A DNA stretch of 64,000 nucleotides, taken from NCBI GenBank assembly GCA_007378985.1, contig VMHB01000001.1:252-64251 (forward strand). Reading direction: 5' to 3'. Below are positions 46,216 to 54,436 of this stretch, piece after piece. Under the pieces are notes generated by a model. It had not been told where the DNA came from, did no database searches, and saw only the letters and a program-made list of their open reading frames with translations. This DNA comes from Parcubacteria group bacterium Greene0714_7 (lineage in GTDB: Bacteria; Patescibacteriota; Minisyncoccia; Phycocordibacterales; Phycocordibacteraceae). Positions within the stretch are counted from its first letter, which is position 1. Each line of letters begins with the position of its first letter. The translations under genes were made by a program, and so were the position numbers.

Positions 46216-46724
46216 AGAAGTTTTAAAATTTATTTTTTTATAAAATATCGACCTTTCACTTATATAACTTTTGATACTGGATAGAAGTTACACAAAAGTA
46301 ACTTGCGGGACATTTTCTCTATATTGGAAAGAGCTTCTCGTGCGCCCTTCCGAAATAAGTTCTATTTCATGTACGATACGGAGTTCAATAAAATATCTAT
46401 CTCGGCGCTTTTTTCGATTTGAGAGCAGTGTGTAGGAATATCCTGTTGCTTCAGGTACTGATTTTAGTAGTTGTTTTTCTACAGTATTTGGCTTCATGTT
46501 TTACAAGTGCTTTTAGCAAAACACTTCCTCTTGTAGTACTCAGGATTCTGCGTTCAAGTTCCGAATATGGTATACAAGGAAGCACGGGCCCTCTAAGAGG
46601 ACTGCGTTTTGTATCTAATCGCTTAGCTCTTAGACAAAACGGGAGCATTCGACAGTGTGATGAGGCACCAGGCGTCATATAGTTGTTTTGTTAGAGTGGT
46701 AGTTCTTTCCCGTGATTGAAAAAT

Positions 46725-46809
46725 GGAGGCGTCGGATAGCGGTTTATTCCACCACCTTGGAAAGGTGGCGTACCGAAAGGTACCGAGAGTTCGAATCTCT
46801 CCGCCTCCG
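46725..46809 (+). tRNA. tRNA-Ser (anticodon GGA), type II with a long variable arm
   Basis: Acceptor GGAGGCG/CGCCTCC, anticodon loop TTGGAAA, variable-arm stem GTACC/GGTAC, T-loop TTCGAAT. No encoded CCA. Confidence 0.8.
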
Positions 46810-46815
46810 CAATCG

Positions 46816-46846
46816 GCCAAAAAAGACGCGTATGCGTCTTTTTTGT
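46816..46846 (+). terminator. Rho-independent terminator after tRNA-Ser
   Basis: AAAAAAGACGC-gtat-GCGTCTTTTTT. Confidence 0.65.
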
Positions 46847-46854
46847 TTGCCGTT

Positions 46855-46986
46855 GCGCGAGGCGGAGAGATTCGAAGTGAGCATCGGGACCCGCGCTAGC
46901 AAGCGTGGGTGATGCGAGGTGGCTAGGCGGAGATCCGAGCGACGGCGAGGACCGAGCGCTTAGCCGAATCTCTCCGCCTCCGCCAA
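46855..46986. repeat. tRNA-Ser 3'-end-derived structured repeat, unit A. A 16-bp terminal stem (GAGGCGGAGAGATTCG / CGAATCTCTCCGCCTC) ending in ..CCGCCA.
   Basis: The last 20 nt match the tRNA-Ser T-stem and acceptor 3' strand. Confidence 0.5.
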
Positions 46987-47020
46987 TTAGAAAATACGCC
47001 CCGAAAGGGGCAATTTTCTT

Positions 47021-47168
47021 TGGCGGAGGCGAGCAATGCATCTGCATGCATTGCGTGAGAGATTCGAATGCCGGAACCATGTCGCTTGCGACAGGTGAGG
47101 CCGGGCTGGCGCACTTAGCGAGTCCCCGAGCTTAGTGACGGGAGCCGAATCTCTCCGCCTCCGCCAAA
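47021..47168. repeat. tRNA-Ser 3'-end-derived structured repeat, unit B. Terminal helices GGCGGAGGCG/CGCCTCCGCC and GAGAGATTCG/CGAATCTCTC, with an internal hairpin GCAATGCAT-ctg-CATGCATTGC.
   Basis: The 3' 25 nt are identical to unit A. Confidence 0.5.
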
Positions 47169-47231
47169 ATTCGGAATTTAAATTTCCGTCAAAAATATGG
47201 TTAGCACGAAATCTAAGTTAGAATAGGGCAC

Positions 47232-47642
47232 ATGAATCTTGAATACATCAATGGAATAATTTTTCTAGCATCTCTCTGTGGTCTTGCGGTTGCAGTGTAC
47301 ATTCGCTATAAGAAAACGCGTAAAGAAATACTCGTGTGTCCGATACATTTTAATTGTGAGGATGTGATACACAGCAAGTATGCGTCTGTACTCGGTGTCC
47401 CTATCGAGATTATTGGTCTTTTCTACTATGGATTTCTTGCGCTCATATATGGGACAGCGGTAATGGTTCCGGAAATTATAACCGCCCCGATAAGCACAGG
47501 GCTAACTTTTGTCACCTCTCTCGCGATGGCGTTCAGTATATATTTATTATTTGTCCAAGTGATACTGAAGCAGTGGTGTGCGTGGTGCCTCCTATCTTTC
47601 GTATCATCTGTCGTCATTTTTTATTGTGTTGTCTTCTTCTAA
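47232..47642 (+). CDS. Vitamin K epoxide reductase (VKOR) family membrane protein
   Basis: Four transmembrane helices. A loop Cys pair (CP..FNC) and a membrane CAWC motif. Confidence 0.65.
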   Translation: MNLEYINGIIFLASLCGLAVAVYIRYKKTRKEILVCPIHFNCEDVIHSKYASVLGVPIEIIGLFYYGFLALIYGTAVMVPEIITAPISTGLTFVTSLAMAFSIYLLFVQVILKQWCAWCLLSFVSSVVIFYCVVFF

Positions 47643-47653
47643 CCACTTCGCCT

Positions 47654-49093
47654 CTAAAGCTCTATTTTCCTAAATTGAGAAGATTGTGCGCACGACACGC
47701 ATCCAGTTTGAGACATATCGTGTTTGGTTGCATTGGTAATCCATTCCGCAAGATTGTTTGTATCTTGAATTTGGTCGCTTGAACCCAATACTATTATTGC
47801 CATTCGACGAGTTGCATCACCGACTTTGAGTGAAAGTACAGAGACTATTGTGTCTTCGGCGGCTCTCGTGTGGCCTACCTTGCCACCTTGAAAGGGGGCA
47901 CTACTGGCTGGCGCATTTACATTTTTAATAGTGTATTTTGAGCCATCTTCTGCCATGACGGTTTTTGTTTGTGTGCGTGTAATGTTGAGTACAAATGATT
48001 TTTTATTTGCTAGGTACACTGCAAGACGGAATAAGTCTTCAGGGGTAGAAATATTTTCTGGTGAAATGCCACTGGTGTCCGCATATGTCGTTGAGGTCAT
48101 ATCAAGAGCGGTTGCGGTAGTGTTCATCCATCCTACAAAACCTTTTGACCCATAATAAGAGGCAAGTGAATCGGCTACACCGTTACTTGATTGCATAAGT
48201 AGGGGATAGAGTAGATCGCCAACCGAAAATACCTTCTCGTTTACATCATCCAGATTTGGTGGGTTTACGAGGCTACCTTGGGGTACAGAGAGTTTTTTAT
48301 CGAAGCTTATAATTTCGTTTGCAACAAGGGCAGTCATTAATTTAGTCACAGATGCTATGGGTCGCTTTTCCGTTGCATTTCTCTCAGCATATACGCTCCC
48401 TGTATCCATATCAGCAATGAGGTATGCATCCGCATCTATGTGAGGCTCGGGGAGGGTATAGAGCGCAAGTGGCGGTAAGGGGTCTGATTGTTTCGCATCG
48501 TACACAAATATTTTTGTTCCTCGATCGGCAAACGCAAAAACTTTTTTTGCATCCTCTGTTTCAAGCTTGATACACCCACCAGAGAATGTTGCTGATGTGG
48601 GTGTGCCGTCTGGATAATATGTTTGTCCGTGTATAAAATAATTGCCATAGAATTGCATACTAAAAGGCATGTACACTTTGCCAATCGTTGAGAAGTGGTT
48701 TTCTTCTTTAGTTTGGATATTATAAAAACCACTCGGTGTTTCCCATGGCGTACCTTGTTTGCCTTTCATCACAATCGGATATTTGGCTGTCGCTGTTCCA
48801 TTCTCGTATAAATAGAGTTTCATGTTCGTCAAATCAGCTGCGATAAATTTTCCTATCTGCGGAACCGTTTCAGGGATAGTGAGTGCATTAATTGTTCTTT
48901 CTGAAGTGGTACTCGCGAGTGCTAGTGTTACATTTGATACACCTTGCTCTCGCACCAAAGATTTAGAGGCGCTCTCGGATTGAATATAAAGGAATGCGTA
49001 GTGTGCTCCAGCTCCAATTGCGAGACACAGCGTCATTACTTTGAGAGTAAAAGTAATCCCTCTCCAATCAAAAGAATGATCAATATCGTTCAT
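47654..49093 (-). CDS. Bifunctional-looking cell-wall enzyme: an L,D-transpeptidase (YkuD) domain fused to a D-alanyl-D-alanine carboxypeptidase (S11) domain
   Basis: N-terminal half has HGQ..SGGCIKL. C-terminal half has SVTK (SxxK), SSN and KVGHT. Confidence 0.75.
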   Translation of the reverse strand: MNDIDHSFDWRGITFTLKVMTLCLAIGAGAHYAFLYIQSESASKSLVREQGVSNVTLALASTTSERTINALTIPETVPQIGKFIAADLTNMKLYLYENGTATAKYPIVMKGKQGTPWETPSGFYNIQTKEENHFSTIGKVYMPFSMQFYGNYFIHGQTYYPDGTPTSATFSGGCIKLETEDAKKVFAFADRGTKIFVYDAKQSDPLPPLALYTLPEPHIDADAYLIADMDTGSVYAERNATEKRPIASVTKLMTALVANEIISFDKKLSVPQGSLVNPPNLDDVNEKVFSVGDLLYPLLMQSSNGVADSLASYYGSKGFVGWMNTTATALDMTSTTYADTSGISPENISTPEDLFRLAVYLANKKSFVLNITRTQTKTVMAEDGSKYTIKNVNAPASSAPFQGGKVGHTRAAEDTIVSVLSLKVGDATRRMAIIVLGSSDQIQDTNNLAEWITNATKHDMSQTGCVSCAQSSQFRKIEL

Positions 49094-49205
49094 TTATAGT
49101 TGGTATTGTACGGTATTTTAGATAAGGACATGAGTCATTGGATGAAATACCTCATGTGTCCATGCGCTATACTTTACGAAGGCTATTACGTAACTAATTT
49201 TTTAT

Positions 49206-49622
49206 ATGGAAGATGTCACCATTAATTATTTTTCACTTTTTGCTGCCGCTATTACCGCTGTTGTATTGGGAGTAATCTGGTATTCACCGCTCGTCTTTGG
49301 TAGGCAATGGATGGCAGCATCAGGAATGACTCCTGAAAAAATGGAGGCGCGGAAGAATCGCGCGTCTTTTGGTCTTATTGGTGGATTTCTTTGTCAGATT
49401 ATTACTGCGTATGTTTTGGTGCATTTCGCGATTTTGTTTGATGTTGCGACAGTACCTCAAGCTCTCGCGTTTGCATTCTGGGCGTGGCTTGGGTTTACCG
49501 CAGCCACCTCACTCCACTCAGTTTTTTGGGAAGGGAAGCCAGCGCTATACTGGGCGATAAACGCAGGCTATCAACTTGCAACATTTGGGGCGATGTCTTT
49601 GATACTCGCACTGTGGCGTTAA
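49206..49622 (+). CDS. Hypothetical membrane protein (DUF1761-like)
   Basis: Three or four predicted transmembrane helices. Confidence 0.45.
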   Translation: MEDVTINYFSLFAAAITAVVLGVIWYSPLVFGRQWMAASGMTPEKMEARKNRASFGLIGGFLCQIITAYVLVHFAILFDVATVPQALAFAFWAWLGFTAATSLHSVFWEGKPALYWAINAGYQLATFGAMSLILALWR

Positions 49623-49635
49623 CATAAAACACGTG

Positions 49636-49644
49636 GTATAATAT
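49636..49644 (+). promoter_or_regulatory. Extended -10 element (TGGTATAAT) for rnpB
   Basis: Read directly. Confidence 0.45.
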
Positions 49645-49651
49645 AGGTAGC

Positions 49652-50030
49652 ACTAGGTAATCGCTCTTTCATAAGAGAGGAAAGTCCGAACACTTACCAT
49701 TACTGTTTTGCAGTAATGGAATGGTAGTGGGTAACGCCCGCACGTTTCCTTGACGCAAGGAACGAGTGCTGCGAACAGAAACGCCGGAGGCGAAAGCCAA
49801 AGGCTCCGTGTTGATTTGAAAAAATCACTACGGATGAGATTCGCCGTAAGGTGAGTATGCAACGGCTAAATGCGTACCAGAGTGCAAGGCCGTGCCTCGC
49901 GAAAGCGAGGAGTGCCGCTAGATTCCGACGGTAACGTCGGAACCAGATAAATGGTTGCCGTCACTATTGTATGCCTTCGGGTAACATAATAGCGATACAG
50001 AATTCGGCTTATCGGTGCGATGCGTCAAAA
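49652..50030 (+). ncRNA. rnpB: RNase P RNA (rnpB), bacterial type. Ends are approximate.
   Basis: Conserved P4 strands GAGGAAAGUCCG and ACAGAAUUCGGCUUAUCGG. A GGGUAACGCC segment. A terminator follows. Confidence 0.65.
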
Positions 50031-50034
50031 GTTG

Positions 50035-50075
50035 AAACACCCTCGGTGAAAGCCGGGGGTGTTTCTCTATTTCGT
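50035..50075 (+). terminator. Rho-independent terminator after rnpB
   Basis: ACACCCTCGG-tgaaag-CCGGGGGTGT followed by a T-rich tract. Confidence 0.55.
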
Positions 50076-50189
50076 TGAATCCAAATATGTGCGCTAGAAA
50101 ATAGGGTTTTTCTATATCTGAACTCATAATTTTTATGTGATACACTTTTTACATACACATTTATTATTAGTGTTATATCTAAAGAATGT

Positions 50190-52520
50190 ATGCAGGATTC
50201 TACAAATAGCATTACTCAATCTCAGTCTATTTTTGGCAAACTCTCAGGGTATATTGTTGTCGGCCTTGCATTTCTAATTCCAGTTTTCTTTATTCCGAAC
50301 GCTTCGTTCCCATTTCAATTCTCAAAAGTGTTTCTTGTTCTTGTGGCTCTCGTTGTTCTCTGGCTACTTTTTTCTGTACAGATACTTCGGAGGGGTGTGC
50401 TCTCGTTTACATGGTCACGCTTCATGTTTGCACTACTGTTAGTACCCGCGGCGTATCTCATTGCATCAATTTTTTCTCCCGTTCCATCCGTATCATTCTT
50501 CGGATACCAACTTGATCAGGATACTTTCAGTTTCGCCGCGCTCGCAGCAATTCTAGCAATCGTTACTGCGCTAGTAATAAAATCAGAAAAGCAAATCTTT
50601 TCTGTCTTGTTTGGCTTCTTGATTGCCGGGTGGGTTGTATTGATATTCCAATCAATACAATTGTTTTTTAAGAGTCCAATTTTGCCAGCTCTATTTACAT
50701 CACCAGCAGTGAACACTGTGGGTAGTTGGAGTGATTTTGCACTCTTTATAGCACTTCTTGCATCACTCATACTCCTTGCTATGGAAGCGCTGACACTTTC
50801 CGCTCTTGCGCTTATTGTGCTGTCCGTAACTCTAGTCCTCGCGTTGTTTGTTCTTGCAATTGCTAATTTTTCTCTCGCGTGGCTCATCCTTGGCGGGGTA
50901 GCGTTTGTAATGCTTATTCTTACCTTTACGCGTAATCGTGGAAGGGCATTGGGAAACACTCTTCGTGCAAGTGGTATTGCAGCATTCCTCACCTTCGTCA
51001 TTGCAGTTTTCTTTGTCTTCTTTGGTGTCGAATTAGGAAATAATCTACAGAACTATTTCCAAGTGCAATCTTTGGAAGTGAGACCTTCAATGCAAGGTAC
51101 TCTTGGTATTTTGGAGCATGTGTATGAGAAGAATGCATTTCTAGGTTCCGGACCAAATACATTCTCTCAAACATGGCTTGTTGCTCGTGCACCAGAGATT
51201 GTTGCTACGCCATTTTGGAATGTTGACTTCGCCGCAGGCTTTGGATCTATCCCAACCTCCTTTATTACTGGGGGGATTGTAGTTGGTCTTGCATGGCTCA
51301 TCTTCATTTTGTGGTTCTTGTATACTGCTGCTCGCGCACTTTTCACAGTGCCGGCAGGTGAAGATAGATCGTACTTCTTAATTGCTGCGACATCTCTTGC
51401 TTCAGTGTTCCTCATGCTTGCGCATATTTTCTATGTACCAAGTGCGGGACTCAGCTTGCTTATGTTCCTTTTCATCGGTTTGTTTATTGCGTCCCTGAAA
51501 GGCACCGCATTTGCACGCCCAATTAATATTGTTTTCTCGGAGAGTCCGCGTTTCGGCTTTCTATCGGTGTTAGTTGTTGCAGTAACTCTCGTACTCTCTT
51601 TAGTGTCTCTTTATGGTGCCGGTGAAGTGTATGCCAGTGCACTTCAAGAAGGGAAAACGGTTTTGCGTTCAAATGCAGGCGACCTTGCTGGTGCAACGGC
51701 CGCAGCTACTCAAGCTGCAGCACTTTCCCCACAAGATCGTTATTACCGCATGTTAACCACTCTGGCTCTTGCACGCTTGAATGAAATCGTTCAGAAAGGT
51801 GGATCAGATAAAGTTGCTCAAGATGCGTTTCAAGCAGGACTTTCTGATGCAGTTGCTGCAAGTACTGCGGCTATAAATGCAAATCCTACGCGTTTCAGCA
51901 ACTGGATGTCACGGGCGTCAGTGTATGAGACTGTTGTTCCGTTGAAGATTGATGGAGCCTATGAAAAGGCAGTTGAAACTCTCGAAGAAGCACGAAAGTA
52001 CAATCCTAGTAGTCCGGAAGTTGATTACCACCTCGCTAACTTGAAAGCATTCAAAAATGATACTGCTGGTGCACGCGCATCTGCGCTCGCTGCTCTCGCA
52101 AAGAAGGCAGACTATACACCAGCGATTCTTTTGCTCGCCCAGCTGTCTTTGAACGAAGGGAAAATTGACGATGCGATTGCTGCAGTAAATGCTGCTATTG
52201 TCTTTACTCCTCAAGATTCATCGCTGAAGTATCAGCTTGGGTTATTAGAGCTTTCAGCAAAGCGTTACGAGAAGGCGGCGACTGCATTCATGGCGGCACT
52301 TGCTATTACTCCTGACTTTGCAAATGCATCATTTTTCCTAGGGCAAGCTGATGTATTCTTGGGTAAAAATGAGGAAGCCCTCGCCATCTTCAAGGCTCTT
52401 CAGGAAAAGAATGCTGATAATGCAACCTTAAAAGGCGTTATAGATGCTCTTGAAAAAGGTGAGAACCCATTCGAAAGTGGCACCGTTGCACCTACTGAAG
52501 AAACTCCAGCTGGTGTATAA
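50190..52520 (+). CDS. O-antigen ligase/Wzy-like polytopic membrane protein with C-terminal TPR repeats
   Basis: More than ten transmembrane helices, then TPR-like repeats (AALAITPDFANASFFLGQADVFLGKNEEALAIF). Confidence 0.6.
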   Translation: MQDSTNSITQSQSIFGKLSGYIVVGLAFLIPVFFIPNASFPFQFSKVFLVLVALVVLWLLFSVQILRRGVLSFTWSRFMFALLLVPAAYLIASIFSPVPSVSFFGYQLDQDTFSFAALAAILAIVTALVIKSEKQIFSVLFGFLIAGWVVLIFQSIQLFFKSPILPALFTSPAVNTVGSWSDFALFIALLASLILLAMEALTLSALALIVLSVTLVLALFVLAIANFSLAWLILGGVAFVMLILTFTRNRGRALGNTLRASGIAAFLTFVIAVFFVFFGVELGNNLQNYFQVQSLEVRPSMQGTLGILEHVYEKNAFLGSGPNTFSQTWLVARAPEIVATPFWNVDFAAGFGSIPTSFITGGIVVGLAWLIFILWFLYTAARALFTVPAGEDRSYFLIAATSLASVFLMLAHIFYVPSAGLSLLMFLFIGLFIASLKGTAFARPINIVFSESPRFGFLSVLVVAVTLVLSLVSLYGAGEVYASALQEGKTVLRSNAGDLAGATAAATQAAALSPQDRYYRMLTTLALARLNEIVQKGGSDKVAQDAFQAGLSDAVAASTAAINANPTRFSNWMSRASVYETVVPLKIDGAYEKAVETLEEARKYNPSSPEVDYHLANLKAFKNDTAGARASALAALAKKADYTPAILLLAQLSLNEGKIDDAIAAVNAAIVFTPQDSSLKYQLGLLELSAKRYEKAATAFMAALAITPDFANASFFLGQADVFLGKNEEALAIFKALQEKNADNATLKGVIDALEKGENPFESGTVAPTEETPAGV

Positions 52521-52651
52521 GGTACATCTCGGAAATACTACCAGTAGAATTGCTCAAGCTTTTTCCGCTTCGAGAAGTGTGTCTTATACAGATACTATGG
52601 ATGAAATACAATTAACACCAAGAGCGAAAGCTTCCGTATAGCCCCCTTGAT

Positions 52652-54298
52652 ATGGTGCGTGCTGTTTTTGAAGCGATGACGAGACCTATTCGGGGTCTTC
52701 ATGAAGCAGCATATGTGCTGGCTGGATTTTCTGTTCTCTCGCAGGTATTAGCACTTGTTCGCGATAGAACGTTTGCACATCTTTTTGGTGCAGGGCCAAT
52801 ACTAGACGCATACTTTGCGGCGTTTCGTATTCCAGATCTTTTGTTTGCCTTCCTAACCCTGTTTGTATCGTCCTTCGCTTTAGTGCCACTTCTCTCAGGT
52901 AAAGATAAAGATGCTCAGGGGGTTATTGTTGGCAATGTACTCTTTGCTTTTGGCGTGAGTGCGATTGTGATTTCTGGCTTACTGTTCTTCGCAATGCCAT
53001 TTATTATTCCATTCCTCTTTCCTGGTTTTTCTCCCGAAATTACTGCGAACACAATTCTTTTGTCGCGCATCATGTTGATCCAGCCGATATTGCTGGGTCT
53101 CTCGTCGATTGCCACATCAGTGGTGCAGGTGCTCCGTCAATTCATGATATTTGCACTTGCACCAATTCTTTACAATGTCGGCATCATCATTGGCGCAGTA
53201 TTCTTTTATCCAGAATTTGGTATTGCTGGTCTTGCGTGGGGTGTTGCTCTCGGGGCATTGTTACACATGTCTGCACAAGTGATTCCGATACTTGGGCATG
53301 CTCGGCATATTGTGCGCCCTTCATGGAGTTCTATCCGAGCTTCTATTGTGGAAGTCGCTCTGCCTTCAATGCCTCGCGCGCTCGCGTTGTCTGCACAACA
53401 AATTTTACTTCTGGTGTTTGCAAGTATCGCGTCATTGACTGCGGTAGGCACCGTTTCGGCACTCGCATTTGGGTTCAACTTACAGTCCGTGCCTCTTACC
53501 ATTGTTGGTGTTTCATACGCAGCTGCAATTTTCCCCGCACTCTCCGCTCTTATTGCAAAAGGGGAAAGAGAATTATTTATGCGTGAAGTGTGGGCAAGTG
53601 TTCGTCACATTATATTTTGGACATTTCCCGCAATAACATTCATTGTTGTTTTGCGTGCACACATTGTTCGTACCATTCTCGGCACGGGTGCATTTTCATG
53701 GGATAACACACGGCTTACTGCGGCAGTGCTTGCGTGTTTCGCAATCTCCTTGATTGCGCAGTCCGTCATACTTATTTTTTCTAGAAGTTATTATGCAGCA
53801 CACTCAACACTTGTTCCCATTGTGGTGAATGTTGGTGGCGCAATTGTGGCAGGTATAGGTGCGTACGGCGCGGTTGTGTGGATTGCTTCTGCCGAAACAC
53901 CGCGGTTTTTCATAGAAGCACTCCTCCGAGTTAGTGATGTTCCAGGGACATCGGTTTTGGTGATCCCGATAGTGTATTCACTAGCGATGCTTGGTGTAGC
54001 TGGTGTCTTTGGATATCTTTTTGCTCGTCGATTTGGTTTCGAAAAAGGAGTGCTTCATACTCTCGGGTCATCTTTTGCTGCGTCTATAATTGCTGCTACT
54101 GGAGCATACGCAGTATTGCAGGTTTCTGCTCCGCTATTGCCCACAACCACATTCTTCGGTATCTTCACACAAGGTGTGAGTGCAAGTCTCTTTGGAGGTA
54201 TATTGTGGCTTCTTGTTCTCTTTGTTCTAAAGAGTCAGGAATTGAAAGAAATTCATGCTGCCACATTGCATCTTCTTAAGAGAGGACTGAAAGCATGA
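52652..54298 (+). CDS. murJ: Lipid II flippase MurJ (MviN)
   Basis: MurJ N-terminal signature (LSQVLALVRDRTFAHLFGAGPILDAYFAAFRIPDLLF). Fourteen transmembrane helices. Confidence 0.85.
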   Translation: MVRAVFEAMTRPIRGLHEAAYVLAGFSVLSQVLALVRDRTFAHLFGAGPILDAYFAAFRIPDLLFAFLTLFVSSFALVPLLSGKDKDAQGVIVGNVLFAFGVSAIVISGLLFFAMPFIIPFLFPGFSPEITANTILLSRIMLIQPILLGLSSIATSVVQVLRQFMIFALAPILYNVGIIIGAVFFYPEFGIAGLAWGVALGALLHMSAQVIPILGHARHIVRPSWSSIRASIVEVALPSMPRALALSAQQILLLVFASIASLTAVGTVSALAFGFNLQSVPLTIVGVSYAAAIFPALSALIAKGERELFMREVWASVRHIIFWTFPAITFIVVLRAHIVRTILGTGAFSWDNTRLTAAVLACFAISLIAQSVILIFSRSYYAAHSTLVPIVVNVGGAIVAGIGAYGAVVWIASAETPRFFIEALLRVSDVPGTSVLVIPIVYSLAMLGVAGVFGYLFARRFGFEKGVLHTLGSSFAASIIAATGAYAVLQVSAPLLPTTTFFGIFTQGVSASLFGGILWLLVLFVLKSQELKEIHAATLHLLKRGLKA

Positions 54299-54436
54299 TG
54301 AAATTTGTACCGACTGCACTGCACGCCGAATTAATTGCTCTATGAAACACATTCGTAACTTTTCTATTATTGCTCACATTGATCACCCCAGTTGTAAAGC
54401 CGGAACGGCTTACAACGGGGCAGGTGGCAAATCACT

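Noticed and set aside
46230-46700. Possible tmRNA, SRP RNA or 6S RNA in the roughly 470-bp noncoding stretch before tRNA-Ser
   Set aside because: No tmRNA tag-ORF or tRNA-like 3' end. No SRP domain IV consensus (GGAAGGAAGCAGC). Only a weak CAAGGAAGCA resemblance. Left unannotated.
46712-47135. Track ORFs 46712-46912 (+), 46905-47135 (+), 46923-47114 (-) and 46691-47080 (-), rich in Gly/Arg/Pro
   Set aside because: They overlap tRNA-Ser, its terminator and the GC-rich tRNA-derived repeat units. Their composition reflects the structured RNA-like DNA, not a coding signal.
46855-47168. Possible CRISPR array or tRNA-Sec/intron-containing tRNA at the repeated units
   Set aside because: There are only two units, of unequal length, and no regular repeat-spacer periodicity. 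Attempts to fold them as tRNA fail: no T-loop TTCGAAT, no D-arm, and acceptor pairing inconsistent with CCA placement.
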